Part shown: in pieces, positions 50,303 to 63,326 of the stretch
Position numbering within the stretch: position 1 is the stretch's first letter
Layout of the letters: each line of letters begins with the position of its first letter
Origin: Cystobasidiomycetes sp. EMM_F5
Taxonomy: Eukaryota
Assembly (NCBI GenBank): GCA_051047955.1
Contig: JBPGPT010000051.1
Coordinates: 1 to 64,000, forward strand
Direction: 5' to 3'
Length of the DNA: 64,000 nucleotides
The notes under the pieces: generated by a model
Database searches by the model: none
What the model was told of the DNA's origin: nothing
Seen by the model: the letters and a program-made list of their open reading frames with translations, nothing else
Position numbers and translations under genes: made by a program

Positions 50303-52715
50303 TCACAGCTTGGCACCCATCTACACAAGATATCGTTGAGCTTGCGACCGTATCCAGTTCACCTGCAACCTACAATTTCCGCAATCTTGATAGACTGCCT
50401 CATACCGAGATCGATCATGATTTCCGCACTTCCTCCAGGGATTGTGTAACTTAATACTGCAGAAGGCGTCGAACAGGCTTAGCCCCATTCTTCGGCTACG
50501 AGCTGGGGCACCTTACCTTCTCGATACAGTCGCTCGACTACATTGAATGTCAGCAGGGCCGATGCAGTCGTTACTACTGCAACTCACTTCGCTCTCCTTG
50601 GCCACCCCTGCCATGCAATGCTGTCAGACTGTATCCCGAACGAGTGCAACGACACCTACTTTGTGTACGCGATTCCACCGAGCACTTGTGCTGCCTCTCT
50701 TGCGCAGTAAGAAAAGACTTCCGAGGCCTGTAATATGGCTGTTATTGTCTGTCAGCGTAGAGGTATTGCGCAGTGCATACCCTAGCCTTAACAAGGGCCA
50801 CGACTCCTCCTGCACTGATTGAGCACATGTCAGCGGTGCCCAACGCTTTCTGTGATGCGGTATCTCACCGCAATGTCAAATCATCAGAGTCAAACTTGGT
50901 CGTTTGGTATAGAATCTGCTCAATCCCTGTATGTCAAAATATATTTCAGTGACACGATATTTCAGCGGTGTACGGCTTCTAACGGACATGAATGAGTACT
51001 CTCGATGGCAATGCTCATGTTCCCCAGTTTTGCCCTGAGAATTTTGCAGTAAGCCAGAGTACGAGCTGTAGCGAGCTACCTTGCTCACCGAATGACACCA
51101 TGATCTCGCAGAAGCGTTCCAAAAGTCTTTCTTTTTGATGCGTACTAGTCGATTGAATGGCTGGTGATAAGCTGTAGCCTCATGTGACTCATAGCAGCTC
51201 TCCTCACCTTCATCGCGTCTTCGTAGCAAATTCGAGCAAAGCGCAAGCTCTGGATAGCGATGCCAATGCGTTCGTTGTTCTGCAAAATGGTTGCACCAGA
51301 TTTCACGCATCAGCGAGTGAGCGGACTCTATCGACTTATACTTACAAAGTTCGACATCTGTTATATTCGAGAAGTCTGTGTGAGGGCGCTGGGAAAACGT
51401 ATGCAGAGCTGCTACATACAATCAGCTGAAAGCTATGCAATTCTCGAGTCAGTTATATACGACAGTACCTAAAAAAAAACATTGGCAAGGATGACGTACC
51501 CTTTATTTTCCCGTCCAATGAGATTTTCTACTGGGACCTTGACTTCGTCAAACTCGATGTATGTGGTACCGCTTGAGAGTACGCCCATGCAATCCATCTT
51601 CCTGGTTGTTACACCAGGGGAAGTTCTCTCGATCAAAAGCAGCGAGATGCCGCCCATGCCTTTTCCGCCTGTCCGGACTGCGACGGTGAAAAAGTCTGCA
51701 TACACGCCGTTCGTGCTAGAATAGCAACTTTGAGCAATCCTTCGTCCATAATTCAAAATAACCTACATCCATTTCTAATTACCGGAAGACTGTCAGCAGC
51801 GACAGCTCAAGTTTTCGAGCGCGACTTACCTTTTCTCCATTGACGATGTAATGCTTCCCATCTTCAGATTTGACAGCGGAGCATGTCAGATTTGCTACGT
51901 CCGATCCTGAGCAACGTGAGGCTTAGCATGAGCCATTTGCCAATCAGCTCATGAGGCGTACCAACAGATGGTTCTGTTATAGCCAAACATATTCTCTTTT
52001 CACCTCTTCCTCAAGATAGTACAATCAGGTAACACAATAGGGACAGCGTACAGAACACACCTGAGGCACGCGGGAACAATCCTTTGCTGTAGTTCTGGAC
52101 TTCCGAAATGCATGACTGGAGGCAGGCCAATTCCGAGACCGCCAGCAATAGCCCAAACCAGGCCGCCCGACGCGCATCGACACTGCAGGGTGTACAATAT
52201 CAATGTTACAGGCACGTCGATGGGCGAGGCGATTGTAGTACCATTTCATCCAGCACCACGAAGAAATGAAATGCATTCCAAGCACTTGGATCAACGCCTC
52301 CAGGAACGGGCAAACCTTTCGCATGTTCGGCAGGCCACGAGTTGCTGACCAGACTGGCTAGAATGCCCAATTCTGCAAAACGTTTGAAGACGTGTTTGGG
52401 TACTTCTCTTGCGGCTTCCCATTCTGCAACATTCGGTGTGATTTCCTGATGGCGCGAGATGTTGTTTCCAGTCAGCGCAAGTGAGGGGTTGTGGTAGAGT
52501 ATAGTCAGTCTGCCTCACTTCATCAATGAACTTGCGCATACAAGCGCGCAGTTTTCGATGGCTCGCGTCATAGTATGGGCTTGACCACGACTGGTAAGGC
52601 CGGAATTAGGATACAAAGGCCGAGATACGAGATCTCAGTTTTACCTGGTACCAGTAGGGATCTCCAAAAGGGACCAAGTCTCCAAAGGAAGCGTCGTCGT
52701 AGTCGTCGACATCAT
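50303..52715 (-). CDS. Acyl-CoA dehydrogenase with C-terminal PTS1 (AKL), ~20 exons
   Basis: PFGDPYW, CLAITEPSVGSDVA, VNGEKKWITNG, NFNNERIGIA, RKTFG, REAAQVLGG, IPGGSAEIM. Last exon is MGAKL*. Confidence 0.9.
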
Positions 52716-53403
52716 CGCCAGTATCAGCTTGATTGTCAGGTGCCCCTGCGGCAGACGTTCTTTCACGTGGAACCTTGGGAGTTCAGGCATCAGAACGGCA
52801 GTCACTACGGAGCGAGCATGAGCAGTAAACGGACTTGGACCATCGTGACTGTTAGCGAACTGTTAGTGCGGCTGTGCGTTGTGGGCAGAGATCATCCCCT
52901 CAGGCGCCACCAGCATCATGATCAGCCCGACCGGCTGCATCAAAGACCGACCAACGTAGTGAGGTTGTAAAGATGGGCAAGTCTCACGCAGTCTGACAAT
53001 GTCGCATGTCATGATGTCCTGTTGCAACATTCTGAACGCCCGACTTCAGCTCCGACGTTCGCTTTCCGGGACTCTTCTGACTCTCGACCTAATAACAACG
53101 CCATGAACATTTCACAAGCATCCACCGCTGGTATCAAGACGGACTACACGTCAGCAATAGCGGAGTGTCCTCGCATCGAAGCAGCGGGCGTCGCCTGCCG
53201 TATTCGGTCTCGGGCTATTCTGCCTAATCCGGTCATCCAAAGATTTAGACTGACGATAATACGTTGCGTAGCAAATTGTCCATCTTGCTATACCCGAAGC
53301 TAATTACAGGTGGTGAGCACCCTATTTGTTCGAACGACTTCGCGCAGCATCCAGTTCACAGGATTTGACCACGCACATAAACTCGCTGCCATTTGGTAAC
53401 GGC

Positions 53404-53974
53404 ATGCGGACTAATCGCGCCCACCACGTCGGGACTCTGCTGGCCATGATCATGTTGGTAGCAGCTTCAGCCTCGGCGAGCGCCGTCAGCGGCGCCGCTG
53501 TAGACGCTGGAAATGTCGAATTATCTTCCAGCAGTCCGCGGCTGCCTTTGTAGGTGGAGCAATGACCATAGACCCATAACGCAGCTCATTCCTATTCTGC
53601 TGAGCAGCTGGGGTCCGACGTGGGGCTTGAATCCTTCTCAAAGCGGCGCAAATCTCATGGACGAAATTATGGGGACCGTAGCAACTAAAGTGAAGGATGA
53701 CATCCCCGTAAACACCGTCCCAGATAAATTGCGAGCTTCTCCCTCTGCGTTGCCGGTATCTTCAACAAAGGTCGAAGTCATCCCCAGCAGTTCTGCAATA
53801 CCGGCTGTAGGCGATACTCTGCTTGTGCCCGATACGACCATCGTAGATAGCCACGACGAAGAGAATGTAGTCATCGTCTATGTGGATGTCAACCCAGATG
53901 ACGGAACACATTCCTCGCGACGAAGCAGGACGCGGCGCCTTCACAGCAATGTTCGCCGAGGAAGGGAACAGTGA
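53404..53974 (+). CDS. Small hypothetical secreted protein, 2 exons
   Basis: Hydrophobic signal-like LLAMIMLVAASASA. A GTAGGT..CAG intron (~53550-53607) keeps the frame into WGPTWGLNP. Confidence 0.45.
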
Positions 53975-54622
53975 GTTGATGAAGTCACAATCTTCGAACC
54001 GTGCCAGTGCCAGCTGAGTCAGAGATGCCAGCAGATCTGCGAAAACTTAGACTAGCCCCGGTGGCATGCTACATCTATGGGTGATGCTGTCTTACCGGCC
54101 ACACCTGCACTGCTTCTTGCCAAATGTCTTCTCTGAGCAACAGCCATCCTGCTGGTCAGGGTACATGCAGTTTCAGCCATCTCCCAACGGCATTTCTTCC
54201 AGCCATCCCAGCAGTCTTGTACGGTCAGCATCAGGTTTAGCACATCCTTTATCAAACAGTTAATTGCATCGGCCAGCCTGCAATGTCTAGATCTGATACT
54301 AACGTATATACCTTGCAAGCCACCCTGACCAACTTCCATCTCCCAACTTCCATCTTTTCGGCCGGCAGCGGCGGGACAGATTTATGCAAGGTAACGGATC
54401 ATGCATCTGACATCACTCACTCCATTTGTATTTCGTCCTCTTGGCTTGATTCTTTCTCTACACTGCTCACCTACACCACTCGTTCTCAGCTCAGCCCTCT
54501 CATTTCCTGTGCAATCGATTATTACACTTTGAATTAGGATTATACGAAAGTGGTGAGTCCAGTTGTTAGCGTTCCCGTCGAGACGTTCAGCCGGCTCATG
54601 TCACTACCAGCCCCCTCCCGGT

Positions 54623-55150
54623 ATGCTCAACAGCTCAATGAAGACCTGTCGCAAAATAACCTCCATACTGGAAGGTGGCACGACTAAGTCGACGAATGTT
54701 CCAGACGCAGATCTCATATCGACTGTGGGTCGTACAGAGACGGACACACACGCTACAACATGCAAAGATCTAGCCTCAAAGGCCACGCCAAAGAAAGCAA
54801 TCTCGGCAGATACAGGTGAACAGCAGCCTCGCCGGCCTTCGCTGCAGATTCTATCCATGCCATATCATGGAAGCTGTTCGAGCGAGGAAATTCTCACCCC
54901 AGACTCCGCCAAAGCGCTATCCGATGCCTCCCCAGTCACGACTGCCATGCAGGGTATTCGGTTCGATTTGCCTTCCGTAGACGAGGAAGTTTCGCCGTCC
55001 TCGGCAGACTTGGGCAATTCAGTTGCGGCAATGCGGCTCTCTCGTGGTCAACGCAAGGCTACCCCGTATCATTTCGTATCAAAAGGTGGCTATTTCTCGA
55101 GCGACGACGAACTCGACGAGAAACGAACGCACACTATTGAAGACAAGTGA
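54623..55150 (+). CDS. Hypothetical disordered protein (start uncertain)
   Basis: Open frame of ~175 aa ending RKATPYHF...FSSDDELDEKRTHTIEDK, followed by an AT-rich 3' region. No domain recognised. Confidence 0.4.
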   Translation: MLNSSMKTCRKITSILEGGTTKSTNVPDADLISTVGRTETDTHATTCKDLASKATPKKAISADTGEQQPRRPSLQILSMPYHGSCSSEEILTPDSAKALSDASPVTTAMQGIRFDLPSVDEEVSPSSADLGNSVAAMRLSRGQRKATPYHFVSKGGYFSSDDELDEKRTHTIEDK

Positions 55151-55441
55151 ACTATGTCCTATCTCCCCCCGCACAAGCTGTGAGCGGACAGCCAGCAACA
55201 AAGACAATTCGACATCTGAGCATCTGAGCATCTGAGCATTTTAGCATTTTTATATATACTTGTAATCGATCGTTGATTTTTTGCACTAGCTATACAATTG
55301 CTGATCTACTTCTACATACATTGTTGTGCTGCGCATGCGAGAACCGTAAACATGTTGCCGATGGAATTTGCGAGACGAAGATTCGTCGCGCTACGCGAAC
55401 ACCTAGTGGGAGGATACTCTTCCGTTGCCACGATTCGCGGA

Positions 55442-57057
55442 CTAGGCATTCGAGATATGTTGCTTGTACGAGTGACGCAACTGCTCTTCCGCTGTTAACA
55501 AATTTGGCGAAGGTACGAAAGATGAGGATGGAGAGGCACTGGTATACATCAATGAAGCGGTCGAGCTGATTTCGGAAGAGGTACTGCGAGCGCGTCCTGA
55601 CTGCTTGACTGTAATGGTGCCCGACTTGCTCGCGTTTGGCAATGCTAGCTCAACCGCAACAAGCAGCGATCTGTCTAGAGTCGTCGTCGGCGAGAGAGGG
55701 GGCTGTGGCGGTTGCTGCAGTACGATGGGCGGAGTCTTGCGATCGATGGAAAGTAGGAGACGGTGAACCTCGCTGGGTGTGCTCCCTATGACTGATGCGA
55801 GGGCTACATGATTCGCAATATACATCATCAGCAACACCCTGTTTGCTGATGGAGTCTGTTTGATGACTAACATGGTAGTACCGGTCCTGGAGACCGCTGT
55901 CTGGAGGAGGAAGTCGAGGACTTTGAACTTGACCGCGAAGGTTGGACTCGGGCAGCTGATGTGGGTGACCACGTCCCCCGAAAGCTACTCCCGCCGCCCG
56001 ATCTAGCGGGCGACGGGTGTAAGGTCTGACGGGGATAATCGGAGGGGTAAGAAGCGGGGTAGGCTGGATCTGGCTGTGATGACCGAAAAGGATGCGTAGC
56101 AGAAGTGGTTGGTGGCTGATAGCGCAAGTGGTCTGGAGTTGGAAGCAGCTGCGACGTAGGATGAGCGGGTTGTGTGTACGGTTGGGCAACAGAATAATAT
56201 TGCTGCGCATGATGTTCTGGTGCCGGCGGCATGTGTGGGTAGTACGAGCTTGGCGGCGGCGGATACACAGCATGGGCAACGCGAGGAACTTGCCCTGCAA
56301 AACCGCTCATCTGAGGTGGGGGTAGTTCCTGTAACACAGACGGCGGGGATATTCTAGCAGGGGACCGAGGACGGCGGACTGGAGCCGCTGCTCGTCGGGC
56401 TGCTCGAGCTCCTGATCTGGGCATATTTGCAGCCAGCCTCGCGAAGAGCTCTTCGTTGGCTTCTGGCTCATCTGCGTGAATGGTGGATGCGTGCTGTCGA
56501 AGATTGTCCAGCCGAGTAAAGTTCTTTCCGCAGCGACATGCAAAAGGCTTCTCGCCTAGACCGACAAAACGTAAAACACTCAGCAGCAGTTCGACAAGCA
56601 TTCCAACATATATTTATTTACCGGTATGCTTTCTGACATGTCGAGCCAAGTGTTCACTTCTCGAAAAGGACATAGTGCATCCCTCGAACCCGGTACAAGT
56701 GAAGACTTTACCAGAACTCGGGGCTTTCGACGATGTCCCGACTGCAGCAGGGGGAACATCTTGATCCTGGCTATAGTTGAGAGACGCGTTCAGACTGGAG
56801 CTCATCTCTGGCCTTCCAGAGTAGGAAGGCGTCTGTCGAGGACTTTCGTTCCCATACGACAGCCGTATCGGAGGAAGCTGTGGCAGCTGCGCTATTGGGT
56901 AAGATGGCTGTCCTTCGTGATACATATTTTGTGCCGGTGGCAGCAATGGGCGTGTCGCATAGTTTGGTTGTAAATGAGTATGCGTTACTGAGGAAGGCGA
57001 ATACCTCGCTCGACTGTCAGGCCGAGTACCAGACGCTGCGGCACCTTGATGATCCAT
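55442..57057 (-). CDS. C2H2 zinc-finger transcription factor, Usv1/Rgm1/NsdC-like
   Basis: [54 protein letters not shown] across an intron, with Pro/Gln-rich flanks. Confidence 0.88.
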
Positions 57058-57855
57058 GAAGAACACCGGACTTCCTCGCCGAAGCGTGCGAGAGCACTGG
57101 TTGGTGTGTACCTACCTCTCCTGAGCTCACGAGGTAATCTTCGGTCGTTGCAACGGCTTCGCAGGTAGCGATGTGGTGCGAATCAGGGCCCCACCCCCTA
57201 TGACTGTGACTGCAAGCAGGTGCACCGAGTATCGTCCCGTGCTGAACCAGCTGGATCCTGCTGAATGTGTGCGATTCCTTGTTCTAGAAGCGCGGATGCT
57301 GGTGGATTCCGGAAGCGCTTTGTATCCTGGTGAGCTCCCGGGCACAGACACGCCAATTTGAAGACGCACAAGCCTTGACAGTATGTTCAACCGTAGAACG
57401 TGCAGCGGCTTGAATGTTGTGACTTTTACGTCGCCAAAAGGAGCAGTACGCTTGAAAGGTCCGCTGGCAGTTTGACCTGAAAGCGCGATACGTGGGCGAA
57501 CGCCTGGCCCTTAATTCACGACGCTATGAGCTCGCTGACCTTGCAGCCTTCGTGCTTCCATGCCCGGATGCGGCAGTCGTCGGAACCGGGAAGTGAAAGT
57601 CAGAGGCTCGATTTGTCAACTTGTTTTGCCACCGAAAACATCAAATATCTGGGACTTCATGAAAACAACAAACGCCGAAAGTGCAATGTGCGGATTATTC
57701 CTTGCATACGTTGACAGCTTTGAAGAATGAAGATCAAACTGAGATTACAACGTCTAACAAGCCAGTCTAGCCAGACATGGTGATTCTACCCTTATACTGT
57801 ACTGTAGGTTTGTACTGCACTGCTGCAATACTGAATGCAGAGGACGACCGGAAAG

Positions 57856-58976
57856 CTAGGCGAATCCCATTGGCGGCGGCGGTTGTAGCCCGAAAGAACC
57901 AGGCGGCGCCATTTGAGCTGGATACTGGCCAGGATACTGCCCATAACCCGGTGCAAATCCAGGTCCTGGTATTGGAGGGTATTGGGCTACGGCCGCAAAG
58001 CCCGGAGGCGGTGGAGGCATAGCTGAGGCATTGGCACCTGCAAACGCTGACAGGTCAGTCGATTTCGGAATTGTGGTTTGTAGGCACCTTCACATAGACT
58101 TGCCTGTAAGAAAGGACGGAGGAGGAGGGGCTTGCATTCCGTTCAAAGCGCCATGCTTCCGCGCCTGGGCTGCAAGTGTCCTTTCCGCTTCTGTGCCGTG
58201 CCGCTCGCCTGCCGCATCCTTCTTGAAAGCGTATTGCACGTTTACTGCCTTATTCATCAAGAACTGTCCATTCATGCTCTCAATCGCGGAGTCGGATGCT
58301 TCAAAAGAATCATATGATACGAAGCCGAATCCCTTGCTGTTGCCCTGCTCGTCGCGTTGTACCTTGGCAGGCTGCACCAGTATGCCGAATCTGCTGAACG
58401 CAGTATGCAGTATAGTCTCGTCCACGTTGATGTCAAGATTGCCAACGAAGAGGTTGGCCCCAATGTCGACCTGCCGTCTATCAGAGCTGGCCTAAACATG
58501 AGATAATCACAATAGTATTGCTCATCTCAGTGTTTTGGTGTGAGGTGCTGCGGCACTTTGCGCTTAGAACTCACCTTGTTCACGCGAATAGGTTTGCCAA
58601 AGAGCTTGATACCATTCATTATTCGACAAGCGTACTCTGCATCTTCCTCAGTATAGAATTCGCAGAAACCGAAGCCCTGGTGCGACATCGAGACTCGGTC
58701 CTTCGGTAAATGCAAATTAGCTGCACAGTGTTCGTATCACGGAAGAGATGTGGATATCGTCAGGCAGCTACCCTTTCCCAGAAAGTCCGCACCAACTCAC
58801 ATATTGGACCAGCTTGCAGCATAAGCTCCCAGATGAGTGGATCGGTGCATCGCTCGTCGAGGTTACCCTGCTCCAACACCCGCGGCTGTTAGTGGAGGGC
58901 ACACGGATAAAGCGTCATCAGCACTGACCAAGTATACTGTGGCCTCTTGATTCCGCTCTGCTTCCCGAGTTGTCAT
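57856..58976 (-). CDS. HSH49: Splicing factor 3B subunit 4 (two RRMs, Pro-rich tail)
   Basis: [56 protein letters not shown] and [16 protein letters not shown]. Confidence 0.95.
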
Positions 58977-59116
58977 GGTTTCTGAATGAAATCGGATATG
59001 AGGCAACCACTGCAGCTATAGCTTCTGCGTATACATCACAAACGTAACATCGAAGCGGAAGCCCAGATTTAGCGAACATTATGACTACAACGACACCTTC
59101 TCTGACGTAGTGTAAA

Positions 59117-60167
59117 CTATTCTACCATGTCATTATCGGCCGAGTCTAGCTTTGGCGCGGGATGAGCAGTTTGAGATAACAGCTCTAGCAAATCCTCGTC
59201 CATCCCATCATCGAGGTAGTCTTCTACGTCTTGATGGTCTGTCAAACTACGGCTGATTATCGGTGACGGATCTTCCTGGCCGTGCGGAAAGCAGTATTGC
59301 CTTTCCCCTTTGGATACGGCAATTTCGTACATGGCGGAAAGCTGTCCCTCGTCCTCCTCCACGAGATCTGTCAGACAATCAGGATCCGGTTGATCTGTAT
59401 CACGAGTGATTAGCGTTTGCAGCGAGCTTACAGGACGTCAATCATGTACCTTGTTCATACGCATCAAAGCGCTCTTGCTTGCTGTCACTAGACTTCAAGT
59501 TCTGCATCATTGACTCGTTATAATTTGATTCATCATCATCGTAGTTATCACCCATGTTTCTCTCGAATTCATGCTCGACCTCCTCAGTGCGCCGTCTTTG
59601 ATCTCGTAAGTGCTCTTTACGCAAGATGGCCAGCTCCTCTTGCGTTTCGACCCCTTGACGAACAATGTCTCCGTATAGGCCGTTGCGAGAACTTCGCATA
59701 CTGTCTTTCCGGTGTTGATGAGCTCGTTGATTGCATTCTAGGACGAAACGCCCATGCCAACTCGATCCGCGCGACATTGGCGAAAAGTTACCATGAGCAT
59801 TGGCCTGTCGTGGCCTGCTGGAGGTACCTGCACGCGGGGTGGGTGACGATACGCAAATTTGGTCGTAATCTGTATAGTCCCGGGCGAGTGCTTTGCGGAC
59901 CGACGTTCTAGATTTATACAAATCGCGTCTATGTGGTTGTCTAACCCCAGCTTCCGGCGAGGTTCTCGTCGGAGAGGAGGAGGAAGACAGATGCGGCCAT
60001 GTTGAAGGACTTTCCCCTATTGCCAACGTCGCGCTTGATGAACTCAGAGGTGACGACCGCGTAGGCAGGTATCTGCTTGCACCTATCTTGACAAGAGAGT
60101 CGCGTAACAGCGGCTCGCAGAAATCTCTGGCAGAGTACAGGCTGGTGTGCTCGGCGTCTGTCAGCAT
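59117..60167 (-). CDS. Hypothetical protein with an acidic C-terminus, 2 exons
   Basis: 241-aa ORF joined by a GTACAT..CAG intron to DLVEEDEG...DNDMVE*. Confidence 0.55.
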
Positions 60168-60419
60168 TGTTGGCGTTGTGTGTGCTCAATGCGCGGTCGT
60201 GTGTAGATCATAGCTGGGCTCGTGTGGTAGCGGCAGCAGCATACGTCACTGCAGGCAAGGCATCTGTGCGGTATCTGAGTATGCTGGCGTCTCATGTACA
60301 GTCGTGTAAGGTAGGGGCGGAAGAGACCTGTCCATAGATTTCTGATTCTCTGCAATAGGCCTGAGATCAACAACGTGCTGAGGCTAACACTGAGCGCGTC
60401 TCCCCCGGGACAACGAGGC

Positions 60420-63146
60420 CTACATCACAACTACTGTAAGAGGATCTCTGGAATTCGAGATTGCGTTGACATACGATCCTTCAGCCGTAAGTTGCCTGCA
60501 GGATCTGAGAACGCACCTGAAAATGTGCGTGAACCCCGTGTCCGTGTCGACTACCTGCATGCTAGGCAGTGTATAGATGCCAAGAGATATCGGTGTGTAT
60601 CGGACAAGAAGACTCTGTGCAGCTTGTGGTTGCAAGGCGCTGTGTAATTCGAGTCGGTCAAGAGCTCAGCATGCCACGGTATACAGACACAATAATGAAG
60701 ATGCGTACATGACGTGCATATGAGTGTCCAAAGGCAGTAAGCCCAGTGTGCGATTCAGTGTGCCATCAATTTCCCTATTGAAGGTGCTGATGTCAAGTGA
60801 CAAAGGTCTTACAGCCTCGTTGCTGATATAAAGCTCGACGGTAACAGTCTCGTACAGACCCACGCACCGCGATGTCGGACCTTGTCGTCTACTTGATACA
60901 CGGGGCTGCGATCTGAGGTCATCCCGACAACCTGTTGTTCCATCTTCCTGTCTTTGCGCAATACGCACAGCAATGGTGAACCCGCCTCGGAGAATTGTGT
61001 TTTCTGCGAGTAAAGGCATCGCTGCCTCGTCATCGTTTGCGAGGGAGATCTGACGGTCAGGCGTACTCGACGAGGCTGAGTCGGCTGAACCCTTGGCTAC
61101 CGCAGTTGAAAGCGGAGTGACCGGTCTGATCAAATCCGATCTTAAATCTAGATCTTGCCTCGACGTAGCAGCAGGGGAGTGGACTGTAGGCATGGTGAAA
61201 GATCGCTTTGGCGGACCCGGCCTACCTTCCGCGGACAGATGTCGCGGCAGGACGGTCTTTCCCGTATCGAGTTTTGGAATCGATGCCGCTTGTGACATTG
61301 TTCTTTCTTGAGCTACGTTTTTGCCGCTCGTAGATATATGCCTTTGTATTTTGGGCATCTGATCGATATTCGATAAAGAAAACCGTTTCCTGCCCGCTGT
61401 TGCCTGGACAAACGTTTGGCTAAGATTGACGGAAGGATACGGAAGTACGTTAGTCCAACGTTGTGCACGCAATTTGTTTGACGACAGACCTTTCTGGAGC
61501 TTGAGTCCGGAAATGCCCAGCAGTCGCCAAAATACTCACTTTGCTGGGCTGATCCCCAATCGCATCAAAAGATCGTTCCGACCGGCGTAGCACGGACACG
61601 GCGCGAGCAGAAGTGACTTCAGAAAGCGAAATTGAATAATTGGAGGTGAATGTGGATGAGATCCACGCTGGTTGAGATCGCGATTTGACGTTTTGGTCGA
61701 TGATCCTCATTTGGATTGCGCATTCAATTAGCACACCAGGACTCTTATTCGCTGTCGATAATTGGTGAGTGGCACTGCTCATGCCCAAGCTTCTATTGAC
61801 AATGGCGCGAGTGCTCGCGGAGCTAGGCAGGACGAGCTTGTAGACGAAATTGTGTTGATCGTTATGAGCCAGAATCAGCGGGGGATGAATTTCACCACCG
61901 ACGTCTTTACATGGCAGATCAAGCTGTGATCGTTTCTCTCCGACAGTATGAACGCGAAGTGCTTCAAGGTTCACGGACATCGCTGATCCAAAACCTGCTG
62001 GGATACCTAAGTTATGTGTTAATTCGACGACCAGTATGATCTCGCGGCGGTCCAAGGCCCATCTGTGCGCCTTATTTGGGGGCCCAATCGCGAAGGATTT
62101 GAGGCGTACCTGCACGGCATCGATAGCATGTACGACTCTACGAAAGCTTTTACGCAGGCTGGCTACCTGATGATGTTGGATGGGCTGCCCACTAAGTGAC
62201 TCGTCTGACGACGCTGGCACATTTGATCGCAATATTGCAGGATCGATGTCGGTCACCCGAGACAGATGGTCGATACCGCTGAGAACTGACGAGGCGGCTG
62301 ATGCGACGGGCAAGTACGCCGAGGATTTACCTCGGATCGGAGGTTCCCGAAATGACACGTCGTTGCTTGCTAATTCATCTCGCCCTGCTGCGCGCAGCGT
62401 TACATCCGACCGCTCTGATGTCTCACTGGCAGCATAGTGTGTCAGGGTACAAGTGATCGCAAGCGGCATAGAGACAAAAATTGATTGACGCCAACCTGTA
62501 AGTTCGGTTCAGATTGAGGATGCACAGCTCTCGATATAAGCAACGTACCCAGCGCTTTTATTCTCAAAGAGTATACGCAATGCACGAGATTGTCTGTTCC
62601 TGCCTGAGCTTGCATCCAGCGCCGGTCGTCTCCATGACTGCCGAAAGTTACATCTGCCAAGATTGTACTTGGAACCAGATTTACATAAGGGTCTACTGTT
62701 TCTTCGGATGGACGTGACGGTAGGGGCGTGGGTGTGTGAGGGAATCCGGGCGTCTGTGCCCCTGGACCGTCACGATTCGCAAGTATCGGCGAAGCTGTTC
62801 CACTCTCCCTTGTCGAGATAGCAAGGTATGGTTTGCGGTATGCCAGCGGTATGTCAGCAACGTTTGAGTTGTCGCTTTCAAGACAGCGCAATTCTGCTGT
62901 AACAGAAGTCGTTCCTTGGTCGAATAAGCGGACGGCTTCATTCAGAGTCACCTCAGATGTAAGAGAAATAGACACTTGAACGTATATTTCCACATCTTCG
63001 TCGAAGACAAGCGTTTGCCGCTGTTCGCCATGCAGTCGTGCCAGCAGAGCCTTTATATCTAGACTTCTTCGCTCAACATCGGTCAGTCGGTGCAAGGGGA
63101 GCAGTATGTCTATGCGGCATGATTTGAAGGCCTGCTCCAGCGTCAT
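60420..63146 (-). CDS. TRAPP II subunit Trs65-domain-like protein
   Basis: Multi-exon beta-rich protein. The C-terminal GLLPLDTHMHV..PLQPQAAQSLLVRYTPISLGIYTLPSMQVVD resembles the fungal Trs65 domain. Confidence 0.55.
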
Positions 63147-63326
63147 ACATTCATGCACAGCGTGGTGAATGAGACAAGGTGGACTGAGACAAAGGTCTTC
63201 AACCAGGACGAGCGATGGCCACACGAGTGATCAAATGACAGCAGCAACGACTGCTAGTTCACATTTACTCGGCCCTTAGTCTGCTTTGATACAACAACAT
63301 GTCAACAGCTTTTGTGAGACAAGCTG

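Noticed and set aside
183..52715. Apparent lipid-metabolism cluster (ssSPT, MaoC, ACL1, CLD1-like, ACAD)
   Set aside because: The genes are scattered over 50 kb among unrelated housekeeping genes and act in different compartments.
55213..55236. (CATCTGAG)3 tandem repeat
   Set aside because: Short slippage repeat in a 3' intergenic region, with no spacers, so not CRISPR-like.
55650..56300. Alternative-frame 216-aa ORF inside the zinc-finger gene
   Set aside because: By-product of Pro/Gln-rich, stop-poor coding sequence.
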